Assembly: GCF_023055435.1 (NCBI RefSeq)
Contig: NW_025963791.1
Location: 27,218,001-27,282,000 of the forward strand
Reading direction: 5' to 3'
Length of the DNA stretch: 64,000 nucleotides
Source: Haliotis rufescens
Taxonomy: Eukaryota
Shown here: positions 24,186-35,906 of the stretch, piece after piece
Position numbering within the stretch: the stretch's first letter is position 1
Layout of the letters: each line of letters begins with the position of its first letter
The notes under the pieces: model-generated
What the model was told of the DNA's origin: nothing
Seen by the model: only the letters and a program-made list of their open reading frames with translations
Database searches by the model: none
Made by a program: the position numbers and the translations under genes

Positions 24186-24745
24186 ACACAGACATACATG
24201 GTACATCTGGGACAAAATCGACAACAGCCGCACTAGTACTCAATATATATTTCAAAGACACAAGTAAGTCAATGTTAATGGAAATATACATATTTTCACA
24301 ACACCAGTGGTGGTCGTCAGTTTGTCCGTTTAAGTTTATGGTGTTGGGGCATTCACCCGAATGTTTTGGGGAAGCCCACAACTCAGTATTGCTCAGGACG
24401 CCAGTGAACGATTATGTTTCAGTAAGATCTGATGACAAAATACCCCCATCACAACGCGCCAAATCCTGAATCTGTCGGTCCCTGACCAACTTCAGGTGCC
24501 ATAATGTGTGCGTGTGTAGTCCACAGAGCTTCTTTGATACAACCGTGCGTGCGTAGTGTCACCGATCACGACGGATGGAGATAACAAAGCATTGTCAGTA
24601 TGACTGTTCCCGCTGTAGCATCATCACAGCGATGACGCAATGGCATAACGTTTTTACAGAAAGGCTGAACATAGTTAGAAAGCACTAAAACGGTACTCGA
24701 AGAAACCCTTCATTTCGTAAATGACAGAAGTATTTCTGCCTTGAT

Positions 24746-26725
24746 TTAAAAAGTCATTTTGAGATTTTGATGATTCTTGTTGAGGAAAATCATGGCATCG
24801 AGGTTCTTGGGTGGAATGCATGACCTTTGAACCCTGACGGGATCTCTGTCTGGGAGGAAGATATGCTCAGCCGGTCTGGAGGTGGCCATGACGCACATGT
24901 ACTTCTTCGCAAGGCATGAGATGTTGGGGAAGATCTTCTCCCTCTCGTACCACCAGATCAGTGAGGTGCTAGATGTGATCTGCTTCTCCGCCATAAACCG
25001 GTCAATTTCCGAACTCACCATCTCCACCGGCGACATTTTGTCCAAAGGGACGTCATCCTTGTGACCTACTACATCGGACAGCCAGTCGTTTTCAAATTTA
25101 GAAGCAGGAGATTTAAACTTCATCCTCTTTTTAACAGGTTCTTCCGAACTAGGGCTACTTCCATGGACGTCCGATCCGTTCGAGATAGAGAATGGTGGTC
25201 CTAGGATGATGTTCTGAATGTATTCATCGTCACTGTCCACTTCCTGTTTGATCTGAAAGTCCGTCAAGAAAGGTCGCAGCGCTGCATCATAGAGCAGCCG
25301 CCTGGCCTTTTCTCTCTCGACAGCCTCGACATAACGCAGTTCTTTATAACGAGGGTCTAACAGTGAGCAGACGAGAAGAATATCCCGGATGTTGTCCGAG
25401 GAGTATGGAGAACGTATTTCCTTCCAGATGGTGTTCCGACACTCTTTAATCACTGGGCAGTCTGTTTCACCTCCAAGAAGCGTGATCTCAAGCTTCTTCA
25501 GGACCGGCAGTATCATTGACACCGTGACCATCCTCTGCTCACAGAGTAACATAGAGGCATTGTTCAGGGGTCTCAGTAAGTCTACAAGCTCCTGACACAG
25601 TTTCTGGTTATTGGAATCGAACAGAAACAGACGCACGTCTTCCTTCTGTAAATCGGGATTCTGGAAAGCCATTTGTATTGAGGGCATATCTCTGATGATC
25701 TGTTCAAGCATTGTAAATGTAGAATTCCACCGATCCTCATCATCAACCTGCAAGGAATTCAAAGAAGGGAGGGATTGCTTCAGACTATCTCCAACGCCAG
25801 ACATAAAGAAACGCGACAGTTTTCGGGCCGACACAATCATGCTCTGTATTTCGGGCTGGGCTAGTCCTTTCTTGGCTGCAGCGTTGATCGTTTCAGCGAA
25901 ACAAGGCAAGTGTTTCCATTTCAGCAGCCCGCCGGACCTTAAAACAGTTTCATGACCTGACACAAGGATTGGTTCACATGTTATCCGCCAATTAGCTGCC
26001 TGGGTCTTCAGGGTTTCAGATATGTACCCAGCAGTTGCATCTACAGGCAGTTCCACTGTTTGCAACATAAAGGAATTTAACTGCCAAGACCTAGAAATGT
26101 AATTAGCCGTGATCGTCAAGTATCTCTCCGAGGACGACCAAATGTCTGTTGTCAAAGTAACATGCTCTTGATTTTCAAGTCTGGCTAAAACCTTAGTTCG
26201 CCCTTCCTCATACATCTGGGGCAGGAGGAAGTCCTCGAGATGTTTCCTTGAAGGAACATCTGTCTTCGGATCTAAAGTGTGTATTAGGTTCTGAAAAGCC
26301 TGACTAGCTATCGTTGTAAATGGCAGCATACCGTCAATAATAAACTCCATGATTGCATACGTCAGAGAAGAGGCTCTAGGAGACTCCTTCCCACTACTCG
26401 GTCCGTGCGCCGCTGCCATGGACGGAGGAATGTGGACGATATCGTTGACAGCTTGTGGACTTAGAGTGATGACCTGGTCATTTTCGGAGAAGCACATGAC
26501 CTGAGCGACCCCGACCTGGTCCTTCTTCAGGTGATGGTTGACGTAGTGGGTGTGGAGGTTGGTGGTGTTGCCGGTGTAGCGGACGCCGATGCGGCAGTAT
26601 TTGCAGATGGCCCTTGTTTTGTCCAGCGTATAACCGTCATCACTGAGATAGAAGCCGAAGTTCCTCCACACGTCGCTCTTGGCCTTGCCAGGAAACTCGA
26701 AGATCTGTCTGTATCCGCCCTCCAT
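24746..26725 (-). CDS. ZBED1-like BED zinc-finger / hAT-transposase-derived protein, ~659 aa, single coding exon
   Basis: BED finger (SDVWRNFGF...CKYC...NTTNLHTHYVNHH), TTDIWSS, HLPCFAE, RWNST, LLDPRYK and hATC dimerisation domain (WW...FPNISCLAKKYMCVMATSRPAE). Splice acceptor TTTTCAG at 26751-26745 precedes ATG 26725. Confidence 0.9.
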   Translation of the reverse strand: MEGGYRQIFEFPGKAKSDVWRNFGFYLSDDGYTLDKTRAICKYCRIGVRYTGNTTNLHTHYVNHHLKKDQVGVAQVMCFSENDQVITLSPQAVNDIVHIPPSMAAAHGPSSGKESPRASSLTYAIMEFIIDGMLPFTTIASQAFQNLIHTLDPKTDVPSRKHLEDFLLPQMYEEGRTKVLARLENQEHVTLTTDIWSSSERYLTITANYISRSWQLNSFMLQTVELPVDATAGYISETLKTQAANWRITCEPILVSGHETVLRSGGLLKWKHLPCFAETINAAAKKGLAQPEIQSMIVSARKLSRFFMSGVGDSLKQSLPSLNSLQVDDEDRWNSTFTMLEQIIRDMPSIQMAFQNPDLQKEDVRLFLFDSNNQKLCQELVDLLRPLNNASMLLCEQRMVTVSMILPVLKKLEITLLGGETDCPVIKECRNTIWKEIRSPYSSDNIRDILLVCSLLDPRYKELRYVEAVEREKARRLLYDAALRPFLTDFQIKQEVDSDDEYIQNIILGPPFSISNGSDVHGSSPSSEEPVKKRMKFKSPASKFENDWLSDVVGHKDDVPLDKMSPVEMVSSEIDRFMAEKQITSSTSLIWWYEREKIFPNISCLAKKYMCVMATSRPAEHIFLPDRDPVRVQRSCIPPKNLDAMIFLNKNHQNLKMTF

Positions 26726-26834
26726 GTATTCAACGATCCTGGTGCTGAAAATAAATAATGACGATAATTGATAATTGGCCAAAAAAATAGTAAAATAGTA
26801 AAATACATACTAGTAACCGTCATTTCAGTGACAT

Positions 26835-27004
26835 AGGGGGCGACGGGGTAGCCTAGTGGTTAAAACGTTCGCTCATCACGCCGAAGACCCGGGTTCGATT
26901 CCAGACATGGGTACAGTGTGTGAAGCCCATTTCTGGTGTCCCCCGCCGTGATATTGCTGGAATATTGCTAAAAGCGGCGTAAAACCATACACACTCACTC
27001 ACTC
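26835..27004 (+). mobile_element. SINE family A, full length
   Basis: A/B boxes, (ACTC)n tail, TSD TCAGTG(A/T)CATAG. Confidence 0.9.
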
Positions 27005-27484
27005 AGTGTCATAGTATGTACGTTCTATTTTCTCTCTCTGGTATTCGACACGTGCTTCAGTCAATGTTGTGTGCAGTTGATTAATTGTGTAATTGTGCAA
27101 TTTTGTAATTGTGCAAAGTGTATGAGAGGTGGATGCTACTGGTATATCTTTCGGCAAGACTGATTACTCTGTGGTGTTGACGTTTCATATTCATGTAAGA
27201 AAACAATAATTTCGATGTATGCCCAAAGCCAAAGAACGTATTTACTGCACCGAATGTTCTGGTTCGGGATTACGTTCAATCACTCGCCAACATGGTATGC
27301 GTTCCCGCTCCTTTCCAATGGAAGCGAGTGAGTGGTATAACGACGCCTCTAGTCATATGCGAAGAATATTCCGGCTTGGGTCGTCCAGAATTGCCTTCAC
27401 ATATATTGCCTGTGGTCTTTCAGCTTGACGCGCCAATACTTTCATCACTTAACTACAACACCGGCCACACGTCTCTTCGTTCTT

Positions 27485-27983
27485 TCGCCTCTGTGGTCCA
27501 GTGGTTGTCCGGAGGGCGGAATGTCGGTGGTTCGAAACCAGACCGTGTCATATAAAAAGAGTGAGTGAGTGAGTGAGTGAGTGAGTGAGTGAGTGAGTGA
27601 AATGTGTTTCACATATTGTACCCATGTGGGGAATCGAAACCGGGCCTTCAGCGTGACGAGCGAACGCTTTCACCACTAGGCTAACCCACCGCCCCCATAC
27701 CAAAAGACGTTAATAGATGGTCGACTCGGAGTACGTATACTGTCCGTGTCTGAGTGTAGTCATGTTAAACTACGGCATGGTATCTCAGTGGGCTAGCACT
27801 AGAAAATCGGACTTAATTCGGATTAGTACAAGCGCGCGCGCGCACGCACACACACACACACACACACACACAGAGAGTATGCATGCACATGCACACAAGC
27901 CACACACACACACAGACACACGGGCATACACTTCATAAATGCAATAATCTTGAACGCGGCGTTAAACCCCATTTTCACCTCAC
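27485..27983 (+). mobile_element. Degenerate SINE family C with nested minus-strand family A copy (27560-27695) and (CA)n expansions
   Basis: The C head and tail flank an inverted A copy bounded by CATA..AAAAGA duplications. Confidence 0.75.
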
Positions 27984-29173
27984 CTTTGTTCTCATTTTAC
28001 ATGAAATATACTTTGAAGAAACACCTACCAAATCACATCAAATCGCATTGTGTACGAATAAAACATGACACACATCTGACCTTCGACCATGTTTTGTACC
28101 TCATCAGCAGAGAGATGTCATTTATTAATACTGTTAGATGATAACCTACTTTCAATAATTCATTATGGTGCTGGAATTTATGTTTCATATAATTAGATTG
28201 AGATGTATAACAAATTCATCTTAACAGCCTCAATACATCTGAGTTCACTCCATGATTAGAGTACAGGAAAAACCAATTTATATATACCATCGGTCAATTT
28301 CAGACTAAACAGAATATTTAACATTTCGTTATGAGCATATATATACAGCATATATACAACAAATGTCCGGGACTTAAAAATAAGTTCGTTATATCGGTCA
28401 GTTCGTTATAAGCGTGTTCGTTATAAACGTAGTTAACTGTAATGAAAATTTATGAACACTTTTATTACAGTTATGGAACTGGATTTATCCTGAACCAAAA
28501 TATTGCTACTGAATTATTGGGTAAGTTTGGGGATAAAGCCAAAGTCATTTCATTTTTAAGAGTCATTCTTGCAATTAAATATAAATTTTACTTGCAAACA
28601 ATTTACGAGATAAAAATAATCGGTGTACAAATAATGACGACAGAACGAAGACGTATTCCGATCCATAGGCGTCTTTGAACAGCCCGTCCACATTAGGACG
28701 CCCACACGTGGTATTATTCGGTAGCGATATCTGTGCGTTGTAGGCAATGACCTCTAATAACCGGTCAAGCATTCTCTTCATCAGACATGTGTCAGTCCTT
28801 AAACAACACACTAGCTGTGCTGTCGTGCTGGTTTGCAATCAGCCAAGTCTAGAGTTTCAGTGGTAGATGCGATAGATCCCCCAGATCCATACTATCAGAC
28901 CAAAATCGAAACTGAAAGACCTCGGATAATTCACCTTGTCACATGCGAAGTGATGGTTTTCACAAACTCCGAAATGTAATAAAAACATGCATGTTAACAT
29001 GTATATTTTAGTATTGGTTGGGATACCGAGTTTGCCGGAGGCGGATATGTAGACACGCCAACCTGTTATCTAGGTCAAAGTACAGCTCGATAGCCATGTA
29101 CGGCTTGGTTGTGGCAGCCGAGAGACTGGTCTACAAAACGATGAAATATATTTACATCTTGTGAAACACTTAC

Positions 29174-29345
29174 CCGTAGCACGCGCCTCGTTCTTTACTT
29201 CTTCAATAATGAACAGATTGTTTATATTCTGTCCTATCTACGTATATCTGTGGAAATTTCCATGCATTTTCATCGATAGACGACAAGAAAACGGAACCCG
29301 ATAATCGCCATGAGAAATCGATCCTCCTCAGCTCGCTGGCTATAC
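29174..29345 (-). other. Candidate non-coding first exon (5' UTR) of the ZBED1-like gene
   Basis: Strong minus-strand donor GG|GTAAGT at 29174/29173 and CpG-richer sequence; only short uORFs upstream. The 5' limit is a guess. Confidence 0.35.
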
Positions 29346-30399
29346 AATAACCGAGGTATTGGTCACTAGAGCGCAGTTACCTCCCTTTAACTAGTGCAAT
29401 TAGAACCGGAGTTATCAGTGTGTTATTCGGGCCGTGTTACCGCGGGATATCATCTGCTTGTTTGCCTGCATTCTTTTTCTGTTGTAACTAGGACAGGTTG
29501 GGTCACTGTGACCTTTCACTTAGACGCTATATCGAAAATTTGCTGTATCAAAATAGCAGGCGATATATTTTCGATTTAATTTCATTTATATACAAGATAT
29601 AAGATACAAAATGTTATTGCTGAAACGGTTCCATGTAGAAACAGTGACAGTATTCAATAAACTATATAAACAGACACATAATAAATATGTTACCTAAAGT
29701 CAATGAAAATACTGACAAAACGTTAGGGCAGGTCTCAGAATTGGCATTATCGTTTCAACACGCGCATGAACCCGACATCCATTTTAAACCGATAATGTCG
29801 AATAGATGTGTCTGTATATGGTATTTGTCGACATTGTAATGTAAGCGAAAATAGCCAAGTGTGCGAATGTTTATTTAGCGGATTATATCAACACACGAGC
29901 ATGTCGGGATCAGCAAAACCTCGCTCGCGGATTGGCTGATTTTATCTGTAAACAATATACTTATTTAGGAAATGAATTTTACATTGTGGTTGTTTACTGG
30001 AGTATGTACGCTTTGAACCGTGCCAGTTAAAATCGTGTAAATATGGATGATATCACAGAACAGGGAATTTCCCACGGATTGAAAACCTTGAAGAGTAGCC
30101 TAATTATATTCGTGTGCGTCATGTATTTTGAATTGTATTCGACTTCAAAGTGAGGGTAGAAGAGGGAGGACATATTTGTCCCTGTGGCATCCAGGGGGTA
30201 ATGTAATATGTTAAAATAAGTGTTTAATGAAACCTTGAGTGAAAAAGAAACATTAATTTCTCGTCCGACATTTCCGATCCTCACGATCGTGGTCAGCAGG
30301 GGAGAGAATAAAGAATTGTTCCACTCGGGGATTCCCTATGAAAAGTAGTTCTAGTCAAAAATTGTGTAACCGTCAAAAGGTGAAGTTTATACTTTGTAA

Positions 30400-30800
30400 A
30401 CGTCACTTTGTCGAAAAATGAACGGGTCATGTGATCAGCAAATTAACCAATGAAATCATCGGAAATCCCTTAAATTTCAAAATAAGAATTTATTCTATAT
30501 TAAAAAACATTACTCTGGATGAGGTCAGAATACGAAAAGAAGGACCCGAGGACTCGACCCCTGAGGTGGCCTGACCGGACCGAGACCGCAGGCCATTTAA
30601 ACCGTCCTCTGTTTTATGACTGTATCTTCGCCGCCAGGCGTAAAATGTTAGCATACCAGACGCCATCTTGTTTTCTAGCAGACGAGTCAATTATCATCAC
30701 GTGGAAGAACAATATTGATCATGTGACGAGTCAATATTTGAAGTCACTATCAGTCACATGATTTGGGGGTCTACATTGAAATGTATTGTTTCGTCACGTG
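30400..30800. promoter_or_regulatory. Candidate promoter-like motif cluster
   Basis: YY1-like CGCCATCTTG (30661), CCAAT (~30447) and five TCA(C/T)GTG(A/G)-type E-boxes in a CpG-rich patch between ZBED and PBLD; could be transposon-derived. Confidence 0.3.
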
Positions 30801-32250
30801 GTACGGATGAAATTGCAAGATTCTTAATAGAGGCATAAGAATACCACATGTTGTCTGTATTGGGTCTAATATAGACACGGAATACCTATAGCCATACTCA
30901 TGATAATCCGGACGCCCTTGAGAATCCTGATAAACGAGTTTTTGTCGTATACAATTTGAAGTCTGTACTTTATTATATCTATATCCTCTAGAGGTCGGGA
31001 TTAAATCGGATCTGAGCGGACCAGAGTATATTCCATGTCCAGGTCCTGTGGTCGCCCTTATGCTTGGCCACACGGTGACTGCTGGTGTCTTGTGACCAGC
31101 AGATGCCTCTAGCAGACGATCCATTTGTATTTCCAAATGAGAAATTAATACATTGACAGACATAGATCTACTCATCTTTTAATAATAAATATGTAAGAGT
31201 TCAAACTGCATCTAAGCTAATTTATGTTCTTTTGTTCGATTGTATTTGGACATATATAGTTTTTGTTTCGAGCTTTAGTTTTGGTCTTTACTTTCCGATG
31301 ATTGCATCTGCTTTTTTAATTATAACAAAAGGCCCCATTTATTCTAACATATTTTTAATTACACGTTTTAGGGCTGGAACAAGTGATGAGTACCACATAT
31401 GTGAGCGTCATTTAGGGGGCTGTCAAGCCGTTGGAGATCATATTACTGAGCAAAGCCACTCTGTTACAAAGTAATTTGTACCAGGTGACCTGATCTCAAA
31501 GTGAGGGATGATAATGAGCTACATGGCACAGCTGATGCATAGTCTATCTTACAGTCTCTGAACCAAAGTATATATCCCTTCCGCCCAGTCCTTACTGTAT
31601 TGTTATATGAAGCAAGGCTAGATTGGGGTTTTGTTTTATGTATGACAAAATCTCCCTGTTCTAATAATGGTATTGACGGATTCATACGCTAAGTGTTAAA
31701 CTTCAACCACACCGGGATGTTATTTCGACAAAAAATGTTTGAATGTTTCTCTCGGCATTTTTGCAGTTATTATTTATTAGGAAATGTCCCCTTGTCACCT
31801 TATTCATATGAAACTCTTGGGGTTTATACAAGCTTTAAAAAAGGATATGTTCAATACAATAGACAACTACTAGCTGGGAAACAAACTAATTATTGTCCAA
31901 TCATTCTCTGCGTGGCATTTGCAGAACAAATTACATCGAGTGTGAATGTATCCATTTGCTTCATATAATCGGGAACCTTCTGATAGTCGTATTCATACAG
32001 ACCTGGTGTCTACAGTGCCCATGTATTAAGGTACTGTAAATGTATCTTGTGGAATAGCAATGTTTAAGAAAAACATTATTCAGCTGCATGGTTGGACTAC
32101 TGCTTGTGTTTTTGCCATGAATCGAAGTACAGAAGCTAGTCCCCTGATTGGCGTTGTTAAAACGTGTCTGATAAGTTTTATACACTTACTGATAACCACC
32201 ATCAACCTGTTTGATATATTGTCATTATTCATTGAAGGATTGTATATATA

Positions 32251-32419
32251 CTACTCAAAAGAAGTTAAAGAACACCCGATTCTTTCATATTACTACAGTT
32301 AATCTTTTAAGGCACGACATAGTACCTATAGCAATATGACAGAAATCGGGTGTCACGGTATATACGATTAACTTTAGTAATATAAAAAGAATCGGGTGTC
32401 CTTAAGTTCTTTTGAGCAC
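32251..32419. mobile_element. Tc1-type MITE, longest copy in the window
   Basis: TA-CTACTCAAAAGAAGTTAAAGAACACCCGATTCTTT...AAAGAATCGGGTGTCCTTAAGTTCTTTTGAGCAC-TA. Confidence 0.7.
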
Positions 32420-33094
32420 TATATTAATGGCAATCTCCAGGACATGTTACAGTGGCAATACCCCGTGCCGTGGTCCAGAGCGGATTATCGTGTACTACAA
32501 AATGGCAGCACATTCAGACCAAAAAAAATTATAAGAAAATTAAACTATATCACGACGACCTGTAAAAAATCGAGCATGTGCCAAACAGACTAGTGGTTGA
32601 TATAATGGGCGATGTCCGACGCCGTCAGTGTGTGATGACGCGCAATGAGACAAGTCATCGAACTTTGTCGCCTCTCACAAGTTCTGGGGGTCCTATTATA
32701 ACCCGGGTCCATGGGACTGGGGTCATCTAGTCGGTCTTACATTAATAACCGAATCGAGTTCCTCATACCAGTCTCATACTCCCAATACAGACAAACCACT
32801 GGGGCTAGCTGCAGTAGTAAAGTGTTAGTTCACACCAACATAAAGAAGCGTCTTGACACGTCAAACCAATGGCGGATATTATGTGCAATCGGCACGGACA
32901 TCAGCGTACAGTGTCACTCAGTCTGCCAGGTCACACATTGCCACCACTCGGTCCCAATGTTAATCGGCGCTTGTAGCAATCACTTTATACAAAGGCTTAT
33001 TCTGCCCCTTTACTACGGGAACAACTATCCTAATACAAAATTCTTAATATAAAATACTACCATGAAGAATTTTACCCCTGGGTAGAGTATGGCT

Positions 33095-33295
33095 TCAGCA
33101 ACCCATGCTTGTCGTAAGAGGCGACTAACGGGATCAGGTGGCCAGGCTCGCTGACTTTGTTGATGCATGTCATCGTATCCCAGTTACGTGGATCGATGCT
33201 GGATCACTGAATTGTCGGGTCCAGACTCGATTATTTACAGACCGCCTTTATATAGCTGGAATATTGCTGAGTGCGGTGTGAAACAACAAACAAAT
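33095..33295 (+). mobile_element. SINE family B, 5'-truncated
   Basis: TCAGCAACCCATGCTTGTCGTAAGAGGCGACTAACGGG...GCTGGAATATTGCTGAGTGCGG + (AAAC)n. Confidence 0.85.
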
Positions 33296-33762
33296 AATAT
33301 AAAATACTATCGTCATCATAATCATATATGTCGATGATATGTAATACCGATTATCTGAAAGTTCTGACAGAAGATATAACAAGGCCGTAGTTAACTTTTT
33401 TTGACAGGGGGGTGGCAAATATTTGTACAAGTATCACTTGTCCCAAACTTGTATTTTCATGATTCAAATCAAACTGTTTTCTATGAAAACTCACACACAC
33501 ACCCCGCGCTGGCTACGGCACTGTATAATGTTAGGTCTTATTTTGAAAAGAAAAAAGTGAGTAAAGTACATCTAAATTATAAGTTTTTTGTGTATCATAC
33601 GTTTTTTTGAAATGACACAAAATAGCACATTTGTTATTAACCAGACCCACATATTTAATTACATTAAAAAAACAACAACATACAATAAAAGTACTTTTCC
33701 ACGAAGACCTAAATACAATGTAAACCCGTCAGAAGGTCAAGGCTGTATGGGATTTGTCAACC

Positions 33763-35868
33763 ATGTCCAAGTCAACTTGCCTCCCGGTTTTTTGCGTTGA
33801 TGCGTTCACCAAGACGGCATTCAGTGGCAACCCCGCGGCTGTCTGCCTCGTTTCAGCGACCAGCACGGTGACTATGCGTTTGACCTATTATACAGCTGTC
33901 TCAGCTGATTTCAGCAATGTTTTGCTTACTGAGTTGGACATCCACTGCCCATGTGGCCGACTTTCAGTGTCGGTATGTTGCGCATTCGGCACCACTCGCC
34001 CTTTTCCGGTACCCGAATTGGGTTTGTCCCAGTTTGACGAGTGACCACGAAGGCGTGTTGGCAGTATACGATTTTAGAACCACTTCAAGTCCCCAGGGCT
34101 TAAATTGCATGTTTCTACCAAACACAACATGGTTTATTTAACTGCATATTTAAATATGTAATAATATTAATATAAAATTAATAACTTATTATTTGTCCAT
34201 GCTTCTCATTATAAAACAACGCATACAAACGACTGTCAATTAAGTCCTTATATCGTATACTGACATTCTTGATACTACTATAATATGACTTGGTATGAAA
34301 TAAGACATACTTACATATTTATTGCACAAAGCATTTATGACGACACCCAATACTATTAATTACAAAACACTACGTGAGAACTAACAACGTTATCAGTTCA
34401 AAATATACATGTAAAGTTTGTGGTGTTTTTTTCACAAGGTATCTAGTTTTCACATAAATTCGATTTATTTTACCAGTATTTTCCTGTTATTTATGATCAG
34501 GAGTGCCATTTTCTATTTGTTGACTGGATTCCTCAGCATTGAGCTATTTTATTCTATCGACAGTCGTCATTTTTTAAAGAATTATATGTATCATTTCTCT
34601 GCGGTCCTAGGTTTGTTATGTCGATTAGAGTTGTCTCCCTTAGCTAACGAGGTGTACTCGTTTCTGCAAACCGGAGCTGTATGCATAGCCATAACATGAA
34701 CAAGTACTTATGTTAGGTTGGGTCGTGGAAGAATTTCGAACTTTTTAGAGGCTATTATAGTAAATGTATATCAAAGTTACATGTTCTGTTATACTATCCA
34801 GAATAGTTTGGTATTTATAAATGTATTGCGCTGAGATTAAACTTGCTGGAATCATCACAGGACGACAAACTGTTGCAATATGTGGATGTAGGAGAAATAC
34901 TGGGCCCAAAGTATTGATAATGTAATTTAATAAGCTTTTTTTTTATTTCAAAGAATCTCACAGAAACATTGATGCAGAAGATCGCAGCTGAAATGAACTT
35001 GTCGGAGACAGCTTTTGTTTTCAGTGAGGGAAATGAAGATAGCTTCAAGAAAAGTAATTCTGATGTTATGCAATGTCTGCCTTTTTAAATTGAATTACAC
35101 GAGTCGCTGCCCCCTGTCGTACCAGGATCCGCTGCCCGTGTGCAATCCTAGTCGCACACTGAGGATGATCCTTAGACTGTCCACACGAGTGCGCGTTGAT
35201 TTCACCAAAGGGGCTAATGTCTATAACAGTGGCTTTAATCCCACGAAGCCGACACCTAGCGGAGAGTCCAGCTCACCCCCTCGCACGTGTTCATGTCGGC
35301 AGCATAATAAAAAACAGTATCTTGAGAGTACTGCATCACATACCGGTAGCTGATTATGAAACCTGACAAATCTCAATGCTAACCGGAAATCCCAGGCACC
35401 GGGCTCCATTTCAAACCGAGCGGTAACTCCACCATTTACACTCGGGTTAGTGGTTGAGCTACATTCATACTATATTATACTACATGACTAAATTGTTTAC
35501 TTGGATTGAATAGAATAGAATATTATATCAAAGGAAACGGTACCCGGTGGAAACGCTGTGTTTTATTTTGCAGATTGCAGGTTTGGCCTGCGGTGGTTCA
35601 CGCCCAAGACCGAAGTGAATCTCTGTGGCCATGCAACGCTTGGGTCGGCTGCTGTCCTGTTCAACAAGATAGGTAGGGCTTAGTGGAAAAGGAAAAGATG
35701 AGTGGGGTGTTGTGGGTAGGCCATAGGGTAGGTGGCCGGGTCTTGTCGGGTGTAAGGTGAAGGGGTGATATCGATGTTGGGGGTAGTGTGGTAGACTGGA
35801 CACAGCATGGTATGGTGAATGGGTGTAGGTAGAGGAAGGGAGAGTGGGGGTAGGGTTTATAGTCGTTG

Positions 35869-35906
<38 letters not shown>

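Noticed and set aside
26726-26782. N-terminal extension MANYQLSSLFIFS of the ZBED ORF
   Set aside because: It starts at TTG and runs through an AT-rich polypyrimidine tract and acceptor; most likely intron plus 5' UTR.
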